Source: an uncultured Pseudomonadales bacterium (GTDB lineage Bacteria > Pseudomonadota > Gammaproteobacteria > Pseudomonadales > Azotimanducaceae). From it: a DNA stretch of 64,000 nucleotides. The position numbers and the translations under genes are program-made. Positions 18,214 through 28,009 of the stretch are shown here, piece after piece (the stretch's first letter is position 1; each line of letters opens with the position of its first letter). The notes under the pieces are model-generated. The model saw only the letters and a program-made list of their open reading frames with translations, was not told where the DNA came from and ran no database searches. Where the stretch lies: assembly GCA_938084225.1 (NCBI GenBank), contig CALKDT010000030.1, positions 24,550 through 88,549 on the forward strand, given 5' to 3'.

Positions 18214-19380
18214 ATGCTGCAATTCTCCGAACACTTTTCAGTCTATCACTGGCTTATCCTGGCAGTCGGAATAGGGATGACGACCTTGGGCTACTTCGTC
18301 AGACTCGAGCAACCCATGACACTTAAACTGATAGCGGAAATAATTAGTGAGTCCAGCCTTGTCGATCCCAAGCAATCCAGCGCCCTCAAACAAGCACCAG
18401 GAATGAACAGCGAGTACCGGCCCGCAAATCCACAACGACCCAGAGCCCTAAAACCAGCAGTGGAAAAAATTAGTGAGGCCATCACGGAAGCTTCCGAGCG
18501 ACCCGTAAAGATTAAACCGTTAGTAGCAGTAGCCACAGAGTCCAGCCCCAAAACTCCTCCTGCACCCATCGTCCGTGACAGCCTTTCCTACGACGGCATC
18601 TTCTCTGACGAACTGAACGGCAATGGAACAATTACATGGCCCTCCCAACAGTTCTACCGAGGAGATGTTCGTGGCGGGCTGCCGCACGGCAAGGGTTCTC
18701 TCTTATTTACGGATGGCAGAACCTATACCGGCGAACTAATCACGGGGAGGCTGCACGGTAAAGGTGAATTGCACTGGCCCGATGGCAGTTTTTATCAAGG
18801 CGAGTTCATCAACGACGTTATTGCCGGCGAAGGCGATTACACCTCAGCGGTCGGCGATCGATTCCAGGGCGAGTTTGCGGATGAAAAACCCCATGGTCGC
18901 GGCACCCTTAACCTGATCTCCGGTAACATCTATATGGGCGAGGTCCACTATGGCGTCATTGAAGGAACTGGCGTCCTCGCCTTTGTCGATGGCAGTGTCT
19001 ACGAGGGAGAGTTTGCAGCAGGACGCATGCAAGGCACCGGCGAGCGAACCTGGCCGAACGGCAACACTTACCGGGGTCAGTTCCAGAACGACAACTTTCA
19101 TGGATACGGGGTCGCTCACTTCTCAAGTGGGATCATTCATGAAGGTAGCTTTGCGAACGGCAAACCCAACGGAGAAGGGAAACGAAAATGGCCTGATGGG
19201 CGAGTCTACCGAGGCTACTGGGAGGACGGGCTTCGCGAGGGTAGCGGCACCATGACGTTCACAGATGGCGATAGATTCGAAGGGGAGTTCCGCGCAGACA
19301 TGATACATGGCCTTGGTCGCTGTTATGCTTCAGACACCGTGACGCCCTGCACCTTTTTTGAAAACGAACGTTTGGACTAA
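18214..19380 (+). CDS. Membrane-anchored MORN-repeat protein
   Basis: 388 aa. It has an N-terminal TM (HWLILAVGIGMTTLGYFV), a P/S/A/K-rich linker, then 11 consecutive 23-aa units of Y-x-G-[ED]-[FW]-x-x-G-x-x-x-G-x-G pattern from aa 126 to 378 (nt 18589-19347). Confidence 0.8.
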   Translation: MLQFSEHFSVYHWLILAVGIGMTTLGYFVRLEQPMTLKLIAEIISESSLVDPKQSSALKQAPGMNSEYRPANPQRPRALKPAVEKISEAITEASERPVKIKPLVAVATESSPKTPPAPIVRDSLSYDGIFSDELNGNGTITWPSQQFYRGDVRGGLPHGKGSLLFTDGRTYTGELITGRLHGKGELHWPDGSFYQGEFINDVIAGEGDYTSAVGDRFQGEFADEKPHGRGTLNLISGNIYMGEVHYGVIEGTGVLAFVDGSVYEGEFAAGRMQGTGERTWPNGNTYRGQFQNDNFHGYGVAHFSSGIIHEGSFANGKPNGEGKRKWPDGRVYRGYWEDGLREGSGTMTFTDGDRFEGEFRADMIHGLGRCYASDTVTPCTFFENERLD

Positions 19381-19383
19381 CTT

Positions 19384-20250
19384 ATGAAAATCGGTACTTT
19401 TTCTACCTTTATGTCACCCATCTGCACGCCGCAGATGATCGGGGGTTTTGCGCAAAGTGCGGAGAGCATAGGGCTAGATTCACTGTGGATGGGTGAACAC
19501 GTCATCCTGTTCGACAAGACCGAGTCTCCCTACCCAGGGTCAGCCTCTGGCAAACTGCCGGTACCAGAAGGTGGCGGGATGCTCGATACCGTTGCAACAT
19601 TCGGCTACCTCGCTGCCTGCACCAAAACGTTACGGTTTGGCACGGGGATCACACTTTTACCGCAACGTAACCCAATTTATACTGCCAAAGAGTTTACTAC
19701 TCTTGACTGGTTAACTCAGGGACGTATCGATTTTGGTATCGGCGTGGGATGGTGCAAGGAAGAAGTGGTTGCCTGCGGATACAACTTCCATGACCGAGGC
19801 AAGCGTTGTGATGAGATGCTGCAAATGATGAAGCAGCTATGGACCGAACCGGTGACGGAATTTCATGGTGAATACTATGATCTTGCGCCTTGCCGCATGG
19901 ATCCAAAACCGGTCCAGAAGCCACACATCCCCATTATCGTCGGCGGACACAGCAGTGCTGGTTTTCGCCGGGCAGCGAAATATGGCAATGGATGGTATGG
20001 CTTCCAGATGAACCTTGAAGCAACCGCACAGGTGATCCTTAAGCTGGACGCCGCCCTTGCCAAGGAGGCGCGCAATCGGGATGACTTCCAACTGGTGATC
20101 ACGCCGCCCTACCAGGTCACGGCTGACATGGTTAAAGGGTATGAGGATCTAGGCGTAGACCAACTTATCATCCACCTCGGTAGCCAAAAGGCAGAGCGTA
20201 TCTCAGCCAGGCTTGTTGAACTTGAAACGCTGATAGAGGCGGCTGCCTGA
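19384..20250 (+). CDS. LLM-class (luciferase-like) flavin/F420-type oxidoreductase
   Basis: 288 aa with LDSLWMGEHV, GTGITLLPQRNP and IPIIVGGHS, typical of luciferase-like monooxygenase-family proteins. It starts 3 nt after the MORN gene stop. Confidence 0.8.
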   Translation: MKIGTFSTFMSPICTPQMIGGFAQSAESIGLDSLWMGEHVILFDKTESPYPGSASGKLPVPEGGGMLDTVATFGYLAACTKTLRFGTGITLLPQRNPIYTAKEFTTLDWLTQGRIDFGIGVGWCKEEVVACGYNFHDRGKRCDEMLQMMKQLWTEPVTEFHGEYYDLAPCRMDPKPVQKPHIPIIVGGHSSAGFRRAAKYGNGWYGFQMNLEATAQVILKLDAALAKEARNRDDFQLVITPPYQVTADMVKGYEDLGVDQLIIHLGSQKAERISARLVELETLIEAAA

Positions 20251-20251
20251 C

Positions 20252-21868
20252 ATGTCCACCTTTGATTATATTATCGTTGGCGCGGGCACCGCGGGCTGCG
20301 TTCTGGCCAATAGGCTTACTGCTGATGGTAAATACAATGTCCTGCTAATCGAGGCAGGCAAGAAAGACAACTATTTTTGGATCAATATTCCGGTAGGTTA
20401 TCTCTACACCATCAACAACCCCCGCACCGATTGGTGCTACGAAATTGAGCCAGACCCTGGCTTGAACGGACGAAGCATTGGTTACGCCAGGGGTAAGGTA
20501 CTGGGCGGGTCCTCTTCTATTAACGCGATGATCTATATGCGGGGCCAGCGCAGTGACTATAATCACTGGGCACAATTAGGCAATGTTGGCTGGTCCTGGA
20601 ATGATGTTTTACCCGTGTTCAAACAGTCCGAGGACTATCAGCACGGCGCGGATGAATTTCATGGCGCCGGGGGTGAACTGCGCGTCGAAGAGCGCAGGGT
20701 GAACTGGGAAATTCTTGATGCCTGGCGAGACGCCGCAGCTGATACTGGCATTCCAAAGATCGCCGAGTTCAATCGCGGCGACAACTCAGGTAACGCCTAC
20801 TTCCAAATGAACCAGCGGCGGGGTTCCAGGTGGAGCGCAACCAAGGCATTCCTTGATCCGGCCAAGGCAAGACACAACTTAACTATTCTGACTGAGTGCC
20901 ACGTTCAGAAACTAATATTGGATAACACATCCGGCGAAAAAAGATGCACCGGTATCGAGGTCCGAACAAAAAAAAGCATTGAAACATTTACTGCAACTCG
21001 CGAAGTACTGCTATCTGCCGGCTCCATCGGGTCACCGCAAATTCTACAGCTTTCCGGCGTTGGTAACGGTGAAATGTTAAAGCAACGAGGTGTCGCACCC
21101 GCTCATGAGCTTCCAGGGGTGGGTGAGAACCTGCAGGATCACCTGCAGGTACGAACGATTTACAAGGTGAGCAATACTGTCACGCTCAATCAACGCGTTC
21201 ATTCCCTGTTCGGCCTGGCAGCGATGGGCATCGAGTACTTTCTGCGAAAAACCGGCCCTTTAACCATGCCGCCTTCACAGCTGGGCGCATTCGCCAAGAG
21301 TGATGAGAACCAGCCGACAGCCAATATCGAGTGGCACGTCCAACCTTTATCCCTAGATAAGTTCGGCGATCCGCTACACAGGTACAACGCCATAACACCA
21401 TCCGTCTGCAATCTTCGCCCCTCGAGCAGGGGGCATGTTCGCATCAAGTCGAAGCGGCCGGAAGACTACCCAGCCATTACGCTTAATTACCTGTCCACGG
21501 AGGAGGACCTGCAGGTTGCGGTGGCCGGCTTGAAATACACTCGAAGGATAATGTCCTCATCTGCGCTCAGTCGGTTCGAACCGGAAGAAGTGAAGCCTGG
21601 CGCGGATATTGTGACCGATGCAGACCTGGAACGAGCGGCTCGTGACCTGGGAACCACCATCTTCCATCCGGTTGGCACCTGCAAAATGGGGAACGACCCC
21701 TTAGCGGTAGTGAATGACAGGCTTGAGGTTCATGGTATTCAGGGGTTAAGAGTTATCGATGCATCCGTGATGCCCACCATTACTTCAGGCAATACCAATG
21801 CACCGACAGTGATGATTGCTGAAAAGGGTGCGAAGTTTGTCCTTGAGGATGCTGTAAAGACATCCTGA
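20252..21868 (+). CDS. GMC family oxidoreductase (choline/alcohol dehydrogenase-like)
   Basis: 538 aa with FDYIIVGAGTAGCVLANRL (FAD GxGxxG), GGSSSINAM and the C-terminal GMC signature HPVGTCKMG...VIDASVMP. Confidence 0.9.
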   Translation: MSTFDYIIVGAGTAGCVLANRLTADGKYNVLLIEAGKKDNYFWINIPVGYLYTINNPRTDWCYEIEPDPGLNGRSIGYARGKVLGGSSSINAMIYMRGQRSDYNHWAQLGNVGWSWNDVLPVFKQSEDYQHGADEFHGAGGELRVEERRVNWEILDAWRDAAADTGIPKIAEFNRGDNSGNAYFQMNQRRGSRWSATKAFLDPAKARHNLTILTECHVQKLILDNTSGEKRCTGIEVRTKKSIETFTATREVLLSAGSIGSPQILQLSGVGNGEMLKQRGVAPAHELPGVGENLQDHLQVRTIYKVSNTVTLNQRVHSLFGLAAMGIEYFLRKTGPLTMPPSQLGAFAKSDENQPTANIEWHVQPLSLDKFGDPLHRYNAITPSVCNLRPSSRGHVRIKSKRPEDYPAITLNYLSTEEDLQVAVAGLKYTRRIMSSSALSRFEPEEVKPGADIVTDADLERAARDLGTTIFHPVGTCKMGNDPLAVVNDRLEVHGIQGLRVIDASVMPTITSGNTNAPTVMIAEKGAKFVLEDAVKTS

Positions 21869-21883
21869 AGGAGGATCCTTCTG

Positions 21884-22714
21884 CTAGCCACCAAGCCCAG
21901 TTAGCGCTGCACTGACATCCCAAAGTTTCTTGCGCAGTGCCTCATCATCTGCCTGGGAGGAATAATCCGTCAGTTCACATTGGTCATAATATTTGCCATT
22001 GATCTCAGCCAGCGCCGGGTCGCCGGCCAGCATAATGTTGGTCAGCGCACCCTTTTCAGGAGAGATGAAAATCATCCCAATAATTTTACGCAGTAACCAT
22101 GGCAGGTCGCGGATAATATCCGTTGAAACCGCACCTGGGTGCAGAACGTTAGAAGTAACACCCGTGCCTTCCAGTTGCCTGGCAAGTTCTATTCCAAACA
22201 GCACGTTTGCCAGCTTAGAGCCATTGTAAGCAGACTGACTGTTGTATTTCTCGTAACCTTTGAAAACGTCGAAATCAATCTTGCCGCCTTTATGTAACTT
22301 GGATGACACTGTCACTACCCGCGCCGGCGCACTTGCCTTCAGACAATCCAGCAACAAATGGGTAAGCAGAAAGTGACTCAGGTGATTAACCCCCATTTGC
22401 ATCTCGAAACCGTCAGCGGTGATTCGCTGTTTTGGCGGAAAGACGCCAGCGTTGTTAATCAACACGTCTATACGGTCATATCGGTTCAGAAAATTGGCGG
22501 CAAGGTCGCGCACACTATCCAGGTTATCTAACTCAACGGGCAGGTTAATGGCCGGGACCGTTGCACCTGCATTGATCACCTTCAACGCCTCAGCCGTCTT
22601 GGCGGTATCCCTGCATGCAAGGACAACTTCCGCTCCTTGCTTGGCCAACTCTCGTGCCGTCACTATACCAATGCCGCTATTACCGCCGGTGATCAAAACT
22701 CTCTTACCGTCCAT
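21884..22714 (-). CDS. SDR family oxidoreductase (retinol dehydrogenase-like)
   Basis: 276 aa with VLITGGNSGIG, NNAG and YNGSK motifs. Confidence 0.85.
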   Translation of the reverse strand: MDGKRVLITGGNSGIGIVTARELAKQGAEVVLACRDTAKTAEALKVINAGATVPAINLPVELDNLDSVRDLAANFLNRYDRIDVLINNAGVFPPKQRITADGFEMQMGVNHLSHFLLTHLLLDCLKASAPARVVTVSSKLHKGGKIDFDVFKGYEKYNSQSAYNGSKLANVLFGIELARQLEGTGVTSNVLHPGAVSTDIIRDLPWLLRKIIGMIFISPEKGALTNIMLAGDPALAEINGKYYDQCELTDYSSQADDEALRKKLWDVSAALTGLGG

Positions 22715-22737
22715 TGTTGGCTCCTATCTGTTTCTGA

Positions 22738-23958
22738 TTAAGTTTCAACCGTTACTGTAACCGGTTGACGTTTGACATCGTAAAGGCTCGTTGCCAAATA
22801 CAAGTAAGCAATAATCACCAGCATCCCGACACCTGGCACTAATACTGCGTTTCGGACCCCCATGTATTCAACCAGTATCCCGATAATCGCAGAACCGATC
22901 GGCATGCCACCCATCATACCGAGCATGAAAACACTCAGAATTCTCGCCCGATGGGTCGGTGGTGAGGCTTCCTGCACGATGGCACGAGACAGGGTCATGG
23001 AGATACCTCCGCACATGCCCCAAATGTAGATCACCCCGTAGAAAGCGAGTTCCGAGAGTTCAAAGTACAGACAAGACACTACGAGAGAACTGAAACACCC
23101 CGCGAGGATAAGGGCTCGTCCCGGTCGAGCAATCCCTCCCCGGCGCATCACAAAAAAAATAACGGTGCAGGTCCCCAACATGTTTGACCCATAAGCCATG
23201 GCGATGCCACGCGCTCCGCCGTCAAAAATGTCCCGTACCATCAACGGCAAAATAACCATATAAGCAGAGGCAAAGAAAAGGCCGACACCAAAAATCAAGA
23301 TGATCGCTGGACGTATTCGCTCGGATTGCCAGGCAACCACGAGGCCTGCCTTGATATTTTCGAGCGGCGACTCATGTGCTGTATCACTGTACGCTACAGG
23401 CATGGCAGGCAAGCGGTGTGTGGTAACGGCAGAACACATCATGAAAAACGACATGAAACAAAGAACCCCAATCGGCCCCATGACATCTGCGCTGGAGCCA
23501 ATCGCAAAACCAAGAATTTGAATCCCGAACTGGACGCCGATAACCAGGACAACCACCCGCTGCACATTGTCACCGGCGACCCTGTTAAGCATGGCATCCC
23601 GGGCCGGTTGGGCGAAAGCGCCAAAGCAACCTGCAAGAACCACCCAGCAAAGCAGGATCTCGTAGGTCACTCTGTCCGCGTAGAAGAAACCTGCAACAAT
23701 TAGCGGCGGCACAGCCAACAATGACGCTAGGATGACTGACAACCTGCGTTGGTCGACCCGGTCACCTAGCCAGCCACCAAACAGCACCAGGAACAGCATA
23801 GGCAGCGGCCCTGCCATCTGGGCGATACCGACCCTGATTGGTGACTCCTGCAGATAAACGGCAATCAGCCAGGGGAAAAGCACCGCTTGGATGCCTCCCG
23901 GGACTAGATAAAAAGCGGTGCTCCCCAAATACCACTTTAAATCATGGGTTAGATTCAT
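22738..23958 (-). CDS. MFS transporter
   Basis: 406 aa, polytopic, with the GGWLGDRVDQRR MFS loop. Its ATG overlaps the TGA of the upstream MOSC gene (ATGA at 23955-23958). Confidence 0.8.
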   Translation of the reverse strand: MNLTHDLKWYLGSTAFYLVPGGIQAVLFPWLIAVYLQESPIRVGIAQMAGPLPMLFLVLFGGWLGDRVDQRRLSVILASLLAVPPLIVAGFFYADRVTYEILLCWVVLAGCFGAFAQPARDAMLNRVAGDNVQRVVVLVIGVQFGIQILGFAIGSSADVMGPIGVLCFMSFFMMCSAVTTHRLPAMPVAYSDTAHESPLENIKAGLVVAWQSERIRPAIILIFGVGLFFASAYMVILPLMVRDIFDGGARGIAMAYGSNMLGTCTVIFFVMRRGGIARPGRALILAGCFSSLVVSCLYFELSELAFYGVIYIWGMCGGISMTLSRAIVQEASPPTHRARILSVFMLGMMGGMPIGSAIIGILVEYMGVRNAVLVPGVGMLVIIAYLYLATSLYDVKRQPVTVTVET

Positions 23959-24590
23959 TGGCTGGCAGCCATTTTTTTGGAAAAATCTCGGCGGGTTCGT
24001 TCGTCAATGGGCGCCGATAGATATTGACTGAGCTGATCGGCATTCAGTTTGCCGTGTAAATCTTTGAAAAAAGTCCGTAGTGGAATTCGGCTACCCGAGT
24101 AGGGCCTGTGAGCGAATTCATCTCCGGCCTGGACACTACCTGTCTTGAGGACCCTACAGTAAGCCCCAGATCGCCCAGCTTTCATGAATTTTTTTGCGAA
24201 CGTCTTGTCACCCATCCGTGAAGAAAGTGTACTGCAGGGAATACGCGGCGCACTCACCTGAAGGGTTACCGATTCAGAAATCAGAATATCGCCAACACAT
24301 ATCTCACAGAGATCCTGTTCAGTCGTGGTGAAGTTCTCACCAAATGTTCCCGCAGGAACGTTCTGACCCAGCGCCTCTGACCACCAGGTGTAGTCCTCAA
24401 GGCTATAGAGGTAAATGGCCTGGTCTGGGCCACCATGGTATTTCTTATTGCAGATCGCATCGCCCGGCAAGCCCAGCTCGTTTACAGGGACCGAACCTTC
24501 GGACAGTTCCTTAAAGATGCCTGTCCCTCGTTTTCTACCGTTAACCGTCAGCAGTGTACGAGACCCAATATTAATTTGCTCAATGCGCAC
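23955..24590 (-). CDS. MOSC domain-containing protein (YiiM-like)
   Basis: GLPGD...HGGPDQAIYLYS...PRIPCSTL is typical of MOSC/YiiM. The GTG at 24590 is preceded by GGAG 9 nt upstream and is preferred over the track start at 24686, whose extra 32 aa look non-coding. Confidence 0.7.
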   Translation of the reverse strand: MRIEQINIGSRTLLTVNGRKRGTGIFKELSEGSVPVNELGLPGDAICNKKYHGGPDQAIYLYSLEDYTWWSEALGQNVPAGTFGENFTTTEQDLCEICVGDILISESVTLQVSAPRIPCSTLSSRMGDKTFAKKFMKAGRSGAYCRVLKTGSVQAGDEFAHRPYSGSRIPLRTFFKDLHGKLNADQLSQYLSAPIDERTRRDFSKKMAASQ

Positions 24591-24761
24591 AGCACTGCTC
24601 CGACATACAAATTGATGATGCTTAGTATGCACTGTTGAGCAGGATGCTGGATTAACTTTAATCCATGAAAAATTGGAATGTAACACTGTCCAATTATTCC
24701 ATTATTTGAATCGCTTGCTGCTGGTACATTGCGCGCTCTAATAACCTAACAAGGACGGGAC

Positions 24762-26357
24762 ATGTCTGCTTACCTAAAAGAAATAGAAGCCGTAGAAAAA
24801 CTACGCGATGCACAGGGTGAGGCCTGGAACGGGATCAACCCGGAGTCCGCCGTGCGAATGAAGTTGCAAAATCGCTTCAAGACCGGCCTTGAAATCGCGC
24901 AACACACAGCGAATATCATGCGAAAGGATATGGCTGAATACGATGCAGACTCCTCAAAATATACCCAGTCACTGGGTTGCTGGCATGGTTTTGTTGCCCA
25001 GCAGAAAGCTATTGCCATCAAGCGCCATCGCGGCACACTGGATAAGAAATACGTTTACTTGTCTGGCTGGATGGTCGCCGCACTAAGATCTAAGTTTGGC
25101 CCACTTCCTGACCAGTCCATGCACGAGAAGACTGCTGTACCGAGCCTTATCTCTGAAATCTACACGTTCCTGAAGCAGGCCGATGCGGTTGAGCTGGAGC
25201 GTGTTTTTGCCGCGTTGGATGATGCTCGGGAAAATGGCAGTGACGTAAGCGCACTGCTTAACCAAATAGATGAGTTTGAGACGCATGTCGTTCCTATTAT
25301 TGCGGATATCGACGCCGGTTTTGGCAATGAAGAAGCCACTTACTTGCTAGCCAAGCAGATGATTGAAGCGGGCGCCTGTGCCATTCAGATCGAAAACCAA
25401 GTCTCTGAGGTGAAGCAGTGTGGACACCAAGCCGGCAAGGTGACGGTGCCGCACGAAGTATTCTTAGCAAAGATCAACGCTGTTCGTTACGCGTTTCTGG
25501 AATTGGGTATAGACAACGGTATTATCGTTGCCCGCACAGACTCTCTTGGTGCAGGCCTGACTCAAATGGTACCTGTCTCTAAAGAGCCAGGCGACCTTGC
25601 CGCACAATACAACAGCTTCCTTGAAACAAAACCTGTTCACGACATCAGCGAACTGCTGGAGAATGACATCACCATCCACCAGGGCGGAAATCTGGTGAAG
25701 CCAGTGAGACTGGACAACGGGTTGTATGCTTTCCGTGAAGGCACGGGTGTTGATCGTGTTGTCCTTGACTGTATTACCAGCCTACGTCATGGCGCTGACC
25801 TTCTCTGGATTGAAACTGAGAAGCCGAACGTTGCCCAAATCGCCGAGATGGTAAACAAGGTTCGTGAAGCGATTCCTGACGCTAAGCTCGTTTACAACAA
25901 CTCTCCCTCTTTTAACTGGACCATGAAATTTCGCGAACAGGTTCTTGAAGAGTGGACGGCAGAAGGCAAAGACATTTCAGCTTACCCAACAGATGGTCAA
26001 GGCCTGATGGCGGAGAGCTTGGATGATACCGAACTGGCCCAAGAAGCGGATCGATTGATCCAGTCTTTCCAGTCAGATGCCGCTCGTGATGCTGGTATCT
26101 TCCATCATTTAATCACCTTGCCAACCTATCATGAGACGGCGCTGGGTGTGGATACTCTGTCTGAAGGCTACTTCGGTGACGAAGCGATGCTTGCCTACGT
26201 GAAAGGTGTACAACGCACGGAAATCCGGCGGCAGATGAACGTCGTCAAGCACCAGGAAATGGCTGGCACGACGATAGGTGACCATCACAAGGAATACTTT
26301 GCGGGCGAGAACGCGCTCCTTGCGGGCGGTAAAGACAACACGATGAGCCAGTTCTAG
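24762..26357 (+). CDS. aceA: Isocitrate lyase (long, 531-aa Pseudomonas-type form)
   Basis: ICL signature KQCGHQAGK, plus IIADIDAGFG and ARTDS. The length matches the long gammaproteobacterial AceA. Confidence 0.9.
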   Translation: MSAYLKEIEAVEKLRDAQGEAWNGINPESAVRMKLQNRFKTGLEIAQHTANIMRKDMAEYDADSSKYTQSLGCWHGFVAQQKAIAIKRHRGTLDKKYVYLSGWMVAALRSKFGPLPDQSMHEKTAVPSLISEIYTFLKQADAVELERVFAALDDARENGSDVSALLNQIDEFETHVVPIIADIDAGFGNEEATYLLAKQMIEAGACAIQIENQVSEVKQCGHQAGKVTVPHEVFLAKINAVRYAFLELGIDNGIIVARTDSLGAGLTQMVPVSKEPGDLAAQYNSFLETKPVHDISELLENDITIHQGGNLVKPVRLDNGLYAFREGTGVDRVVLDCITSLRHGADLLWIETEKPNVAQIAEMVNKVREAIPDAKLVYNNSPSFNWTMKFREQVLEEWTAEGKDISAYPTDGQGLMAESLDDTELAQEADRLIQSFQSDAARDAGIFHHLITLPTYHETALGVDTLSEGYFGDEAMLAYVKGVQRTEIRRQMNVVKHQEMAGTTIGDHHKEYFAGENALLAGGKDNTMSQF

Positions 26358-26410
26358 GATTTGATTCAAGTGGATGTCTAAGGATAGAGAGCCTTCTCTT
26401 CCGAATTTCA

Positions 26411-26437
26411 GGGTAGCGACAAGCTACCCTTTTTTTT
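26411..26437 (+). terminator. Rho-independent terminator after aceA
   Basis: Stem GGGTAGC / GCTACCC with loop GACAA, followed by T8. Confidence 0.75.
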
Positions 26438-26465
26438 AGCTGCCGTTTACTGCCACAATAGTGTC

Positions 26466-27992
26466 ATGCATGACGTGATTATTATTGGATCGGGCAGCGC
26501 AGGCGCGGTTATCGCCAGTCGCGTGTCAGAGGACCCTAACCGAACAGTGTTGTTAGTTGAAGCCGGTCCAGATTATCCGGACCTCAGCGACACGCCCTTC
26601 GACCTGATTAACTCTCACAACAACTCCTATACAAACCACGATTGGGGGCTCAACTACGAACCCACTCGAGGGCGCGAAGTCAATTTTCCGCGTGGCCGCG
26701 TGATTGGTGGCTCCAGCGCCGTGAATACCACTATTGCACTAAGGGGCGTACCAGAGGATTATGACGAGTGGGCCCAGCTCGGTTGCCCAGAATGGCAATG
26801 GAAGAAAGTATTACCCGCCTTCAACAGGTTAGAACGCGATCTGGATTACGGTGCCGAGGCCTACCATGGCGATGCAGGGCCTATTTCGATACGCCGATAC
26901 CCCAAAGAAGAACTGGAACCGCAACATCAAGCATTCCTGGATAGCGCTGATAGGCTTGGCTACAAATACTGCGCCGACGCCAACGACCCTAATAGTGACG
27001 GCGCTGGCCCCCACCCAATGAACAAGCTAGGTCGCCTTCGGGTATCAACCGCTGTAGGTTACCTTGCACCAGCTCGTATTCGCCCCAACCTCACTATCCG
27101 CGCAAACACAACGGTCACACGCATCCTTTTTGATGGCAGCAAAGCAACCGGGGTTGAGGTACAAAACGCCGATGGTTCGACTGAAAAGCTTAACGCGGGC
27201 CTTGTTGTACTTTCCGCGGGCGCACTCATGTCACCAAAAATTCTAATGCATTCAGGCATTGGCCCGAAAGCATCCCTGGCGTCATTTAATATAGACGTTG
27301 TCGGCGACGAGCCCGGGGTCGGTCAGAATCTTTGCGACCATCCGGCTCTTAGTGTCGTGTGCGAAGTGAATGATCCTTCGATAATCAACCACGACCAACC
27401 CATCATTCAGACTATATTACGTTATACCGCCGAAGGCTCAGACAAACGAAACGACTTACAGATAGAACAAATCAGTTTTGCAGGTCGACCTGGTGGTCCG
27501 GCCCTCTTCAGCATCGCCGCCGTTCTTGAATACCAGTACGGCCGCGGCGAATTAAGGCTGCGCTCCGCTGATCCATTTGACGCGCCAATCGTTGACAACC
27601 GGTTCTGTGAAGACAATCGCGACACCCGGAGGCTGGTAGCCTGCATGAAAGATACGCTCATGTTCACCAGGAAAGGGGCACTTAAGGAAATGATCAAATC
27701 AATTACGTTCCCCGATCCCGCTCGGGGTATCGATGATGAATCACTGTCAAAACTCTGTCGACGATTCTCCGCGAGCGGTTATCATCCGTGCGGCACGGTG
27801 AAAATGGGTGATGTAAAAGACCCAATGTCAGTGGTCGACCAGTACGGTCGCGCTCACCGGTTTGATCATCTGGTGGTGGCTGACGCTTCCATCATGCCGT
27901 TCGTACCAAGGGCAAACACCAACCTTACCTGCATCATGATTGGTGAGATGATTGGCGAATGGCTACGAACACAGCCTGAACACTACCAATAG
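26466..27992 (+). CDS. GMC family oxidoreductase
   Basis: 508 aa with VIIIGSGSAGAVIASRV, GGSSAVN and HPCGTVKMG...VADASIMP. Confidence 0.85.
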   Translation: MHDVIIIGSGSAGAVIASRVSEDPNRTVLLVEAGPDYPDLSDTPFDLINSHNNSYTNHDWGLNYEPTRGREVNFPRGRVIGGSSAVNTTIALRGVPEDYDEWAQLGCPEWQWKKVLPAFNRLERDLDYGAEAYHGDAGPISIRRYPKEELEPQHQAFLDSADRLGYKYCADANDPNSDGAGPHPMNKLGRLRVSTAVGYLAPARIRPNLTIRANTTVTRILFDGSKATGVEVQNADGSTEKLNAGLVVLSAGALMSPKILMHSGIGPKASLASFNIDVVGDEPGVGQNLCDHPALSVVCEVNDPSIINHDQPIIQTILRYTAEGSDKRNDLQIEQISFAGRPGGPALFSIAAVLEYQYGRGELRLRSADPFDAPIVDNRFCEDNRDTRRLVACMKDTLMFTRKGALKEMIKSITFPDPARGIDDESLSKLCRRFSASGYHPCGTVKMGDVKDPMSVVDQYGRAHRFDHLVVADASIMPFVPRANTNLTCIMIGEMIGEWLRTQPEHYQ

Positions 27993-28009
27993 CGCGAACA
28001 GGACAGCCT

